64,000 nt of DNA from IMG/VR virus record IMGVR_UViG_3300033148_003591, positions 1 to 64,000 of that record, one strand, 5' to 3'. Source of the stretch: a virus. Positions 1 through 9,009 of the stretch are shown piece by piece. The notes under the pieces are model-generated. The model did not search any database, was not told the origin of the DNA, and saw nothing but the letters and a program-made list of their open reading frames with translations. Each line of letters opens with the position of its first letter. Within the stretch, counting starts at the first letter, position 1. Made by a program: the position numbers and the translations under genes.

Positions 1-64
1 CAACATTAACGGCAATAAATATGTAAACGAGTATTACAATAACTATGATAATAGACTTGTACAT
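1..64 (-). CDS. hypothetical protein, 5' part only (runs off window), hydrophobic N-terminus
   Basis: Manual translation MYKSIIIVIVILVYIFIAVNV...; GGAGGG RBS upstream. Confidence 0.55.
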   Translation of the reverse strand, partial: MYKSIIIVIVILVYIFIAVNV

Positions 65-212
65 TTTATACCCTCCCATATTTAGTTGATAATTTTTACA
101 CCTCATATATAGGCATATTAGCCAGTTACTAATATGGTATTGTACTTACTGTTAAATGGTATTACTTACTATTAAATAATACTACATGATACTAATTACA
201 ATAGATACTATT

Positions 213-380
213 TTATCCTTCTACCGCATAACCATGCTTTTCCAACACATCAAATACCTGCTTACTAATAGGCATTACTTTTACATGCTCTTGGTTATTT
301 TCGTCTTTGTAAGCCACATTTAATGAATTATTAAAGCATCTTTTATCACCCAACTGAACATAGATTAATTTTTTAATCAT
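213..380 (-). CDS. small hypothetical protein (55 aa)
   Basis: Manual translation MIKKLIYVQLGDKRCF...YAVEG*; GGAGG RBS. Confidence 0.6.
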   Translation of the reverse strand: MIKKLIYVQLGDKRCFNNSLNVAYKDENNQEHVKVMPISKQVFDVLEKHGYAVEG

Positions 381-392
381 AAGAACCTCCTT

Positions 393-518
393 TTATTTAA
401 TACAATACATTAACAAAAACAACTTAATTTTTTCCGCTATTCTATAAGGTAATAGTTTAATCAGTCTGGTTTTCTCTCCGTCAATCCATTCTATCAGTCT
501 ATACAGTTTTATTGCCAT
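393..518 (-). CDS. small hypothetical protein (41 aa)
   Basis: MAIKLYRLIEWIDGEK...YCIK*; AAAGGTG RBS. Confidence 0.5.
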   Translation of the reverse strand: MAIKLYRLIEWIDGEKTRLIKLLPYRIAEKIKLFLLMYCIK

Positions 519-529
519 GATTACACCTT

Positions 530-685
530 TTATTTAATAACAGGTTTTATTAAACAATCAGATACATTATGCTGTACTCTTAAACCTACCAAGTATTTTA
601 AAGCCTCGAAATATGTCCCAATACAATAAACTCTATACCCTGCAATCCTCCAATGCTTACGACTTGTCAATCTTGTATCTTTCAT
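530..685 (-). CDS. small hypothetical protein (51 aa)
   Basis: MKDTRLTSRKHWRIAG...PVIK*; GGGAGG RBS directly downstream of a promoter. Confidence 0.55.
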   Translation of the reverse strand: MKDTRLTSRKHWRIAGYRVYCIGTYFEALKYLVGLRVQHNVSDCLIKPVIK

Positions 686-708
686 GGCTCTGCCCTCCCT
701 CTATTATA

Positions 709-737
709 AGTATACCTGAATTTTTCAAACATTACAA
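709..737 (-). promoter_or_regulatory. sigma70-type promoter, leftward
   Basis: TTGTAA-N17-TATACT. Confidence 0.6.
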
Positions 738-972
738 TACCTCCCACAAAAATAATCCATTATAAAGGAAATCGGTATACCTTAGTAATACAGTATAAAG
801 CATTAACTATGCCAACACGCAAGGCATTAAAAACATATGTCAATAGGTAAGTATGCACTAAATAATCATGCCTTAGAACGCCATTTAAACGCCTTAAACA
901 ACACCGCTATAATAACCTTATTATGCCAGCATTAACCATGCCAAAACAAAAGAATTAATTATTCCATTGCCC

Positions 973-1001
973 TTGACAAATAACAAAACGTATGCTATAC
1001 T
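973..1001 (+). promoter_or_regulatory. sigma70-type promoter
   Basis: GCCC-TTGACA-N17-TATACT with TGn extension. Confidence 0.75.
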
Positions 1002-1165
1002 TGATTATACTTTAAAAAGGATGTTTAACATTCCTAACATAAAGGAGGCTTATATGCGTATGAGGTATTAAAGACACCTACAAAATACATTACAGAACGG
1101 AGGTGATTGTCCCACTCAATTAAACTAAATACATTTAAATAATTTTAAAAATCCTGATGAATAAT

Positions 1166-1201
1166 AAAAGCTCTGGCACTAACAACGCTGGAGCTTTTTT
1201 C
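1166..1201 (+). terminator. intrinsic terminator
   Basis: AGCTCTGGC/GCTGGAGCT stem followed by a T run and preceded by an A run. Confidence 0.7.
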
Positions 1202-1379
1202 TTATAATTCCAACCTATACCCCACACTTTAATAAACACCACAATTAAACCTACAACCAAAAGATTATTACAATACTTTACCTTATTATGTTCATACTCT
1301 CATACCTATTGACTTGTTATACTGTGGTATACTGTCTGGCTTATTGCGTGTATTTTATGCGGTTCTGTGTTGCGTGCCA

Positions 1380-1605
1380 TAAGTTATTGCTATGATTAGA
1401 GTTATAATGGTAGTGCGATTTTGTGCGTCGGCGTGTGTTAACATTGCTCTGCTGATTATTGTATTGCTGTAAAGTGTTATGGTTCAATAGGTTGTGAGTG
1501 CGGAAATTTTTATAATTCATAAGTGTATATGTATCAACAACTTACGAATAACATAATAAAATATACATTTTATGATACCCTCGACTATTTGTTTTCAATA
1601 GGTTA
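1380..1605. repeat. four 24-25 bp quasi-palindromic TAA...TTA elements (IHF-site-like)
   Basis: 1380-1404, 1470-1494, 1520-1544, 1582-1605; 1532-1544 TATCAACAACTTA matches the IHF consensus WATCAANNNNTTR exactly. Confidence 0.5.
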
Positions 1606-2256
1606 CATTGTTTGACTGGACTAGGGTCTTGATTAGCAACGGTTCAGAACGGCAAAAATACAGGCATAACTATTACCCTCACCCAATAGAACGGACATCA
1701 AACACACATATACACGGACAGATTTGACCAATAACGGAGAGCAATAACATATATACACCACAATAGCCCTATTTACAGTCAGGATGGGTCAGGATTAGCA
1801 AAAACTAACAATGCCATATATCTCGCTGCGACCCTGAAAAAATGGCGTAGAAATAAGCATAGCAATTAAATCATATGTAGATAATTATTGTATTCCTTTA
1901 TTAATACGGTGTGCATATTGTAGTGGGTGTTTTCTTTAATATGTGCATGGATTTTAAATCAAATTTCATGCAAAATGGGATATTATCGAAATAATCGCAT
2001 TATGTAGTGGTTTCAAAACATAGTAACCGAATATCTTGTGGAAATATAGTGGTAATACATTAGAATTGATATATTGTAGAAAATCGTACAACTATGTGTA
2101 TGAATATGTACAATTATATAATGTGGTTTTACGAACTATCTGAGTGTGGGTTTGAGCGTAGCGAAAAACAAGCGAGGTAGTGAGTGGGATTGGTTTATTA
2201 TTATACGGATTTGACTATTTGTAATGGACATATTAAACTTATTTTAAACTATGGTA

Positions 2257-2284
2257 TTGACAAATATGTGTTTTGTGGTATACT
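2257..2284 (+). promoter_or_regulatory. sigma70-type promoter (probably leaderless transcript)
   Basis: TTGACA-N16-TATACT with TGTGG extension; ATG begins 7 nt after the -10. Confidence 0.75.
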
Positions 2285-2290
2285 TCTATT

Positions 2291-2704
2291 ATGGAAAATT
2301 TAAAGAAATATATGCATGAATGGTATTTGGAACATAAAGAAAAACTAAAAAAATCTAGACATGAGAATTATTTAAAAAATAAAGTTAAAAGAAGAGAATC
2401 GGAGAAAAAATATTATTATAATCGGAAAAAATTATATCCTTGGATTAATACATATTATGCAGCCAGACAAAGATGCACAGACCCTAATTGTCAATTTTAT
2501 AAAAGATACGGTGGTAGAGGAATAAAATGTTTAATTACTAAAGAAGAATTAAAGAGATTATGGTTTAGGGATAAAGCGTGGTTATTAAAAATTCCATCAA
2601 TTGACCGGAAAGACAACAATGATAATTATACGTTTGAGAATTGCAGGTATATAGAAATGGGTGCAAATACAGCCAAAGCGAATAGAGAACGAAATAATAC
2701 TTGA
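2291..2704 (+). CDS. HNH-like homing endonuclease (family A), paralog of 13487-14152
   Basis: QRC...YGGRGI...SIDRKDNNDNYTFENCR; start moved to ATG 2291 because the longer start overlaps the promoter. Confidence 0.8.
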   Translation: MENLKKYMHEWYLEHKEKLKKSRHENYLKNKVKRRESEKKYYYNRKKLYPWINTYYAARQRCTDPNCQFYKRYGGRGIKCLITKEELKRLWFRDKAWLLKIPSIDRKDNNDNYTFENCRYIEMGANTAKANRERNNT

Positions 2705-2728
2705 CAAATGTTAAATATGTGGTATAAT
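2701..2728 (+). promoter_or_regulatory. sigma70-type promoter
   Basis: TTGACA-N16-TATAAT with TGTGG; -35 overlaps the TGA stop of the HNH gene. Confidence 0.8.
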
Positions 2729-2749
2729 TGTTTATAAGGGAGGAATATA

Positions 2750-3181
2750 ATGAATGAACAAATTGAAATAGGAGATGAGGTTGAGAGAATAATAAGAGTG
2801 AATACAATAGGTGATAATATTATTATGCATATTGGTGATAGAGGAATTGTCATCGGAATAGCTAAAGAAGGTTGTTATAAAGGATGGATAACAATAAAAG
2901 GATATGAGAAATTAACAGAACAAAATCCAAACTATTTCAAACTAATCAGAAAGGCAAATAAGATGAAGTATAAATTAGGGCAGAAGTTGAAAAATGAGTA
3001 TACTGAAATTGAGATAGTATTTGTTGGGAATAAGTTTTATGTGACAATTTCTGGAGGAGGGATAGCTAATGTGCGGTCAGATAAAGAACTTGATGATAAG
3101 AACTATCAACTAATCCCCAAAAACGAACAGGATGCTATAGATTTTTTAACTAAAAAAGGTTATGATGTTTATAAACGATAA
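2750..3181 (+). CDS. hypothetical protein
   Basis: ORF with GGGAGG RBS. Confidence 0.75.
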   Translation: MNEQIEIGDEVERIIRVNTIGDNIIMHIGDRGIVIGIAKEGCYKGWITIKGYEKLTEQNPNYFKLIRKANKMKYKLGQKLKNEYTEIEIVFVGNKFYVTISGGGIANVRSDKELDDKNYQLIPKNEQDAIDFLTKKGYDVYKR

Positions 3182-3195
3182 ATCAAGGAGATAAA

Positions 3196-3474
3196 ATGGA
3201 TATTAAAATTTATTATTATTACTCAGCCTTAGATAAATGTAGTTATTATGAAATAGAAATTTCTGAGTATAGTGTAATGTCTCAATGGTTATGGTTTTAT
3301 ATTGGTAAATATTTAAAAATACAAGAAAGTAGAAAATTCTGTATTCTTCCTTATGAAGTTCCTTGTGCTAAATTAATTAAACATTATAAAGCAGCAGATG
3401 GTACTAAAAAATATGGTAAGTTGGTTGTTAATGCTATAACCAAACATTATAGGAAGGTTAAATTATGGAACTAA
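3196..3474 (+). CDS. hypothetical protein
   Basis: ORF with AAGGAG RBS. Confidence 0.7.
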   Translation: MDIKIYYYYSALDKCSYYEIEISEYSVMSQWLWFYIGKYLKIQESRKFCILPYEVPCAKLIKHYKAADGTKKYGKLVVNAITKHYRKVKLWN

Positions 3475-3629
3475 GATTAAAAAGAGTATATGGATGGAAT
3501 GAAAATTCCTTTAAATTAAATCGTGTAACAAATGGTGAAGAAATAAATGTTGTATTACAGTGTTATGAGTATATCACATTTGAAGGTATGAAATGGATAG
3601 ATGTGCCAATAGATGAACCAATGGAGTAA
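3465..3629 (+). CDS. small hypothetical protein (54 aa)
   Basis: Manual translation MELRLKRVYGW...DEPME*; fills the gap between neighbours. Confidence 0.55.
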   Translation: MELRLKRVYGWNENSFKLNRVTNGEEINVVLQCYEYITFEGMKWIDVPIDEPME

Positions 3630-3632
3630 TTT

Positions 3633-3875
3633 ATGAATGAATTATTTATAGCTAATATTATCGGATATATAAATTTATGTTTTATTGTTCTTGCTGGATT
3701 ATTTATAGTAAGTAAACAGAAAAAATATAAAATTATAGGCGTGTTATTTTATTTTAGTTCTAATTTATGTTTTTTGACAATAGGATTATTAACTGGATTA
3801 CATGCATTTTCGTTCTCATTTTTTATATTTGTTGGACTAAATACTATAAATTTAATTAGAATAACAAAACAATAA
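3633..3875 (+). CDS. small membrane protein (about 3 TM)
   Basis: Hydrophobic segments; GGAG RBS. Confidence 0.65.
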   Translation: MNELFIANIIGYINLCFIVLAGLFIVSKQKKYKIIGVLFYFSSNLCFLTIGLLTGLHAFSFSFFIFVGLNTINLIRITKQ

Positions 3876-3887
3876 GGAGAAAAAATT

Positions 3888-4106
3888 ATGAGTAAACAAA
3901 AGAAAAATCCATTAGCCGATTATGAAGCTGGCAAATTTATTATTCCTAAACATAAAGGGGATTATATTGTTATAGACGATTTGGTTAGTACATGTATGAT
4001 AATACCTATGTCGAATTTACCTTTTAGACTTAAAAATTACAATTGCAATTTTGAAATATCAAAGTCAGGATATATTACAATAAATATTTGGGGTAAAAAA
4101 TTATGA
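3888..4106 (+). CDS. hypothetical protein
   Basis: ORF with AAGGAG RBS. Confidence 0.65.
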   Translation: MSKQKKNPLADYEAGKFIIPKHKGDYIVIDDLVSTCMIIPMSNLPFRLKNYNCNFEISKSGYITINIWGKKL

Positions 4107-4611
4107 GATGTAAAAGATGTGGCGATAGTCCTTGTATATATGAGCACGGTAAAATAAACAGATGTGTTGTTTGTGCATGTACTGTTTTTACTGATGGTGT
4201 TAAATTTTATGGGAATAAAGAAGATGAAATAGTAGAAGAAATTGAACCTAATGGATATGGATGCTGGGAGATGTAAATTATGTTAAAAGAAATTTGGAAT
4301 GAAGAAGGCACTAAATATATTCGTGGAGAACAGGCAATCCCTAAATGTGGAGAAGACTTTTGTGATAACTGCGGAGATTGTTTACATTGCTATGGTAAGG
4401 ATGAATGTCTTGATGGGTCGCATCGTTGGGTGCAATATGGAGAAAATTAAATGGAAAAGAAAACTTTAAGTACAGGAATTATTGGTTATGAAGATATTGA
4501 AGTCTGTAAAACATATGGTATTTGGTTTGTAAAAGAAAAAAAGGGAAAATGGGGTAGAATAGATTGTCCTCTTGAAATTGCAAAACTTGAAAAAATGTTA
4601 AGGAGTTAACT

Positions 4612-4794
4612 ATGTGTAGTGTAAAACAGAGTTTTATATTTTTAATTATAGCATTGATAATATTTGAAAGTAAGTCTATGAATATTCTACCACACGGAAT
4701 ATTATTACTTTTTGGTTATATGCTTATTTTAATTTCAGTTAATGGGTTGGTTTTACACTTACTTGAAAAATTTAAAAAGGTAAATAAATTATGA
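4612..4794 (+). CDS. small membrane protein
   Basis: Two hydrophobic segments; AAGGAG RBS. Confidence 0.6.
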   Translation: MCSVKQSFIFLIIALIIFESKSMNILPHGILLLFGYMLILISVNGLVLHLLEKFKKVNKL

Positions 4795-5558
4795 AAGAAA
4801 TAGACGCAGCTAAAAATAATATGATTTATAAAGTAATCACTGGTTCTGTAGCCTATGGCACAAGAACTCCTGAATCTGATACAGATTATTCTGGAATATT
4901 TATTCCAACAGAAGATTATGTACTTGGATTACATAAATGTGACCAAGTTAATTTAGGTACAAAGAATCATGGTTTAAACCGTAAAAATACAAAAGATGAT
5001 ATAGATTTTACATTGTATAATATAGTTAAATTTATTCATTTAGCGATAGGCAATAATCCAAATATTATTGAGCTATTCTTTATGCCGAAAAATTGTGTTT
5101 TATATAAACATCCTATTACGGAAGAGTTATTAAATAATTATCATTTATTTATAAGTAAAAAGGCGTTTCATACTTTTACCGGATATGCTTATGCTCAAAG
5201 AAAAAAATTAGAAACTAAAAAAGAAAACATGACAGGTCGAACTGAATTAGTAGCTAAGTATGGATACGACACCAAGTTTGCTAGTCATTTAATTCGGTTA
5301 CTTTATGAAGGTTGGCAAATACTTGTAGAAGGGAAAATTACATTACCATTAACAAACAATAAATTAATACTTGATATTAAAAAAGGAAAATATGATTTAC
5401 AATGGGTATTGAATAAAGCTGATTCTTTAGAAGAACAAATAAATACCGCTTATAGTGTAAGTAAATTACAGCATAGTGCTGATATTAAAAAAATTAACGA
5501 ACTACAAAAATACATATTAAAGAAATGGTGGAAATATGAAAATAATAAAAATTATTAA
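4791..5558 (+). CDS. Pol-beta superfamily nucleotidyltransferase (RlaP/YcgL-like, RNA-repair associated)
   Basis: GSVAYGT..PESDTDYSGIF motif, NPNIIELFF, GYAYAQ, YDTKFASHLIRLL. Confidence 0.8.
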   Translation: MKEIDAAKNNMIYKVITGSVAYGTRTPESDTDYSGIFIPTEDYVLGLHKCDQVNLGTKNHGLNRKNTKDDIDFTLYNIVKFIHLAIGNNPNIIELFFMPKNCVLYKHPITEELLNNYHLFISKKAFHTFTGYAYAQRKKLETKKENMTGRTELVAKYGYDTKFASHLIRLLYEGWQILVEGKITLPLTNNKLILDIKKGKYDLQWVLNKADSLEEQINTAYSVSKLQHSADIKKINELQKYILKKWWKYENNKNY

Positions 5559-5757
5559 TAGTTGTTTTGAATGCGAATATAAAGACCACTCTGGAGCATT
5601 TACTCCTGGAGGAGCTAAACATATTTGCGGTCATTCAGATGCATGTATAAAAAGAAAAGTTACTTTTGATAAATATCATTGGCGACAAAGAATAATTTCA
5701 GAATCAGGAAGAATACCTCCATGGTGTCCTTTAAAATCTCCGGCGGTGAAAATATGA
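5536..5757 (+). CDS. small Cys-rich hypothetical protein
   Basis: CxxC...C...IPPWCPL. Confidence 0.65.
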   Translation: MKIIKIINSCFECEYKDHSGAFTPGGAKHICGHSDACIKRKVTFDKYHWRQRIISESGRIPPWCPLKSPAVKI

Positions 5758-6791
5758 ATAACAGATATGATAAAATAATGTTAGAAATTAAACGTATCTT
5801 TGGTGATGATATTATTTATTTAGTTGGCGGAGCTTGCCGTGATTTAATTATGGGTAAAGAACCAAAAGATTTTGATTTTGTTACTCCATTATCTCCAGAC
5901 CAAATAGAATGGTATATAAAACGTGCCGGAAGAAAAGCTTATACAGTAGGTAAACGATTTGGTACTCTTGGATTTACAGTTGATGGAGAAATAGTTGAAG
6001 TAACTACTTATCGAACAGAAAAATATGAGCCGAATAATAGAAAACCAAATGTAGAATTTTGCACATCATTAAAAGAAGATTTACAGCGTAGAGATTTTAC
6101 AATTAATTCTATGGTGTCAGATAATCATGGTGTTATAACTGATTATTTTAATGGAGAAAAAGATATTCATGATAAGATTATTCGTTGTGTTGGAAATACT
6201 GTTAAAAGATTTAAAGAAGACCCATTACGTATGTTGCGAGCAATTAGACTTGCTTGTCAGTTAGATTTTGATATTGAAAATAAAACCTTTAATGGAATTG
6301 AAGAAAAAAATTATAAAATTTTACATATAAGTAAAGAAAGATGGATGGAAGAATTAAATAAAATACTATTATCCGACAATGTTAAATGCGGTTTAAATAC
6401 TTTAATGCAAACTAAGTTATTGAATTATATAATTCCTGAATTAAGTTTACAATATAATTTCAACCAAGAAAATCCACATCATATGTTTACATTATGGACA
6501 CATACAAAAGGAGTAGTTGCAAACACACCTAAAGATTTACATTTACGTTGGGCTGCATTATTACATGATATTGCTAAACCTTTTGTAAAAACTTATAATG
6601 TTAAAAAAGGATATTATAATTATATCAAACATGATTTTTTGGGTGCAGAAATGGTAGAGAAAATTGCGAAGCATTTAAAGTGGTCAAATAATATGAGAAA
6701 TGAAGTTGTGGATTTGGTTAAAAATCATTTACGTGATGATTCACCATTAAGACCATATGATACTTATGGGAAAGTGTTTGATAAAAAATAA
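5754..6791 (+). CDS. cca: CCA tRNA nucleotidyltransferase / poly(A) polymerase family with HD domain
   Basis: VGGACRD, DFDF, EDLQRRDFTINSM, EDPLRMLRAIRL, LLHDIAKP; start at ATG 5754 (ATGA overlap). Confidence 0.9.
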   Translation: MNNRYDKIMLEIKRIFGDDIIYLVGGACRDLIMGKEPKDFDFVTPLSPDQIEWYIKRAGRKAYTVGKRFGTLGFTVDGEIVEVTTYRTEKYEPNNRKPNVEFCTSLKEDLQRRDFTINSMVSDNHGVITDYFNGEKDIHDKIIRCVGNTVKRFKEDPLRMLRAIRLACQLDFDIENKTFNGIEEKNYKILHISKERWMEELNKILLSDNVKCGLNTLMQTKLLNYIIPELSLQYNFNQENPHHMFTLWTHTKGVVANTPKDLHLRWAALLHDIAKPFVKTYNVKKGYYNYIKHDFLGAEMVEKIAKHLKWSNNMRNEVVDLVKNHLRDDSPLRPYDTYGKVFDKK

Positions 6792-6804
6792 GGAGGAATA
6801 GATA

Positions 6805-7005
6805 ATGAAAGAAAATAAAACAATTTGTGATTTATGTGGTAAAAAATTTACAGCACATGATGAATATACAAACGCTCATGGAGTATTAACTTTTGTAAGA
6901 TATATGGGTGATGATGGTTCATTAGATATTAAATTAAAAATAGATATTTGTAGAAAATGTTTGTGTGATAATAAAAATTTAAGTAAAATATTTAAAGAGG
7001 AGTAA
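6805..7005 (+). CDS. small zinc-finger-like protein
   Basis: CDLC...CRKC; AGGAGG RBS. Confidence 0.7.
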   Translation: MKENKTICDLCGKKFTAHDEYTNAHGVLTFVRYMGDDGSLDIKLKIDICRKCLCDNKNLSKIFKEE

Positions 7006-7007
7006 TT

Positions 7008-7247
7008 ATGACTACAAAATTAGAAGATTTATTACTGGAAATCAAAAAGGAATATCAAGATGCGGAACAAAAATTTAATAGTTTTAATTCTTGTCATGAA
7101 GGTTATGCCATTATTAAAGAAGAATTAGATGAACTTTGGGAAGAAATTAAAAAGAAAAGGGAATTACGAAATAAAGACAATCTAAAAAAAGAAGCAATAC
7201 AAGTGGCAGCGATGGCTTTACGTTTTTGTTATGATTGTTGCAAATAA
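7008..7247 (+). CDS. MazG-like NTP pyrophosphohydrolase
   Basis: IKEELDELWEE...KEAIQVAAMA (EExxE...E pattern). Confidence 0.6.
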   Translation: MTTKLEDLLLEIKKEYQDAEQKFNSFNSCHEGYAIIKEELDELWEEIKKKRELRNKDNLKKEAIQVAAMALRFCYDCCK

Positions 7248-7256
7248 AAATAAAAC

Positions 7257-7285
7257 TTGTAATTTAGACAATTGTATGGTATACT
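7257..7285 (+). promoter_or_regulatory. sigma70-type promoter
   Basis: TTGTAA-N17-TATACT with TGG; AAGGAG downstream. Confidence 0.65.
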
Positions 7286-7472
7286 TTAATATAAGGAGAT
7301 AAATTTATGAATAATTTTATGACATCATTATTAGCTGCAATAACTATTGTATTAGGTATTATTGGAAGTGTAATAGCATTTTTGATGCTTCTTTTATTTG
7401 GAACATTAATTGGTAAATTAATTTGTGTTGTTTTAATATTGAAAGGATTTGGGGTTATTTAAAGGAGAAAAT

Positions 7473-7793
7473 ATGAAAACATTAGCAGAGATTAAAGAGT
7501 TCTATGAGAAGAAGTATAATACCACAGTTAAACTTATTGAAGAAAAACAACATTGGAGTGATAAGAAGTTTTTTAAGTTCATTAAATATGATTGTTTCGA
7601 TTATGCTTATGAAGAAATATTCCACATAACAACAGATGAACGCTTCTTTGCTTATATTAAAGAATCCACTCTTGAATTTGAAACAGAAAAAATCCTAATA
7701 AACACAAAGAAACGTCTTGAAGAGTATATTAAAAAATGGAGACTTCAATCTGATAGTGCAAGTATAATCTTCTCCAGAAAGGATATGAAATGA
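7473..7793 (+). CDS. hypothetical protein
   Basis: AAGGAG RBS before ATG 7473. Confidence 0.65.
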   Translation: MKTLAEIKEFYEKKYNTTVKLIEEKQHWSDKKFFKFIKYDCFDYAYEEIFHITTDERFFAYIKESTLEFETEKILINTKKRLEEYIKKWRLQSDSASIIFSRKDMK

Positions 7794-8011
7794 TAAGTAG
7801 ATATAAATATGATAATGAAAATACTCCTGATTTTTCTAAAAGATATTGGTATGCATTTATATGTGGATATTATCCAAGCGGATTTCTAAATGACGTTAAT
7901 GCAACCTGTGATACATTAGAAGAATTAAAAACATTAAAAAATAATATTGATGAAGATGATAAGGAAGTATTTTGGGATAATAGAGAATTTAAAGAGATTG
8001 AGGTTAAGTAA
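7790..8011 (+). CDS. hypothetical protein
   Basis: Coupled ORF. Confidence 0.6.
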   Translation: MISRYKYDNENTPDFSKRYWYAFICGYYPSGFLNDVNATCDTLEELKTLKNNIDEDDKEVFWDNREFKEIEVK

Positions 8012-8202
8012 TGAAATATTCTATACATATAAATTGGAGCGAAGAAGATAAAGGCTTTATTGCAACTGTGCCGGAATTAAAAAATTTATCTGCATTTGGA
8101 GATAGTTATGAAGAAGCATTAAAAGAAATACAGATTGCAATTAAATTATATCTTGATACTTTAAATCTTGATGACAATTTATATTTCTACAAGAAAGGAT
8201 GA
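8011..8202 (+). CDS. hicB: HicB-family antitoxin domain (orphan, no DNA-binding domain)
   Basis: WSEEDKGFIATVPEL..LSAFGDSYEEAL signature. Confidence 0.85.
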   Translation: MKYSIHINWSEEDKGFIATVPELKNLSAFGDSYEEALKEIQIAIKLYLDTLNLDDNLYFYKKG

Positions 8203-8208
8203 GAAGTA

Positions 8209-8403
8209 ATGAATAAAACAATTTATGATTTAAAATTACACGAAGAATTGGTATTAGATGGTATGACAATTATCAGAGTTGCTGGTGGGTGGTTATATAG
8301 ATTTATGAATGGTAATGTTGTCAATTATACTGTGGAAACAACTTTTGTTCCATTTAATAATGAATTTCAAGCCACTGATTATAACGATTATTTACATCAT
8401 TAA
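8209..8403 (+). CDS. hypothetical protein
   Basis: RVAGGWLY motif typical of small phage proteins. Confidence 0.65.
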   Translation: MNKTIYDLKLHEELVLDGMTIIRVAGGWLYRFMNGNVVNYTVETTFVPFNNEFQATDYNDYLHH

Positions 8404-8431
8404 TTTAAAATAAACTAACTGGGAGAAAATA

Positions 8432-8680
8432 ATGAGAAAAAAGGTACGTTGTAGAAGATGTAAAGAAAAAGTAAAAGAACATACTATGTTATTTGGTTAT
8501 TGTAAAAAATGTAGCAAAAAAATAGAAGAAAGAAAAATAATAGAACAGAACGACAAATTATGGCGTGAAATTGGTAAAATATATAAAAAATATTTAAAAC
8601 CAGCAAAAAAAGAATTAGGTCTTCCAACAAAACCAGGATACCCTTTTTTGTTTAAAGGTCGGTTTGCAGATTTAATCTGA
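8432..8680 (+). CDS. basic zinc-finger-like protein
   Basis: CRRC...CKKC; GGGAG RBS. Confidence 0.65.
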   Translation: MRKKVRCRRCKEKVKEHTMLFGYCKKCSKKIEERKIIEQNDKLWREIGKIYKKYLKPAKKELGLPTKPGYPFLFKGRFADLI

Positions 8681-8715
8681 TTAGTCGGTAAACATAAACT
8701 ATTTTAAAATAAAAG

Positions 8716-8743
8716 TTGCAAAATCCAAAACCTGTGGTATAAT
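8716..8743 (+). promoter_or_regulatory. sigma70-type promoter
   Basis: TTGCAA-N16-TATAAT with TGTGG. Confidence 0.7.
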
Positions 8744-9009
8744 TGTTATATAAGCAAATGAAAGTATTTTTAAATGCTTTCTCTTTTTATGAAAACGAAG
8801 TAGCATTGAATAAAAAGTAAAAACATACAACCTAAAATACATGAATTGCACATGAGTGAACAGAGTGAATGAATATTTATGGATTTAGCCCGTAGGGCTT
8901 ATATAAAATAACTGTAATATGCTCGTGCCCTATTTAATACTATATATTATAAATAATGAAAACTAAAATCTACACTAAATATAAAGCGAATAAGGCAAAA
9001 GGAGGAATG

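Noticed and set aside
1054-1071. Resemblance of MRMRY to the 23S rRNA-encoded E-peptide MRMLT
   Set aside because: Three-residue match with no rRNA context; likely chance
740-2256. CRISPR or TIGR-like array
   Set aside because: No constant-length repeat-spacer periodicity; no Cas or Nop-domain protein recognised
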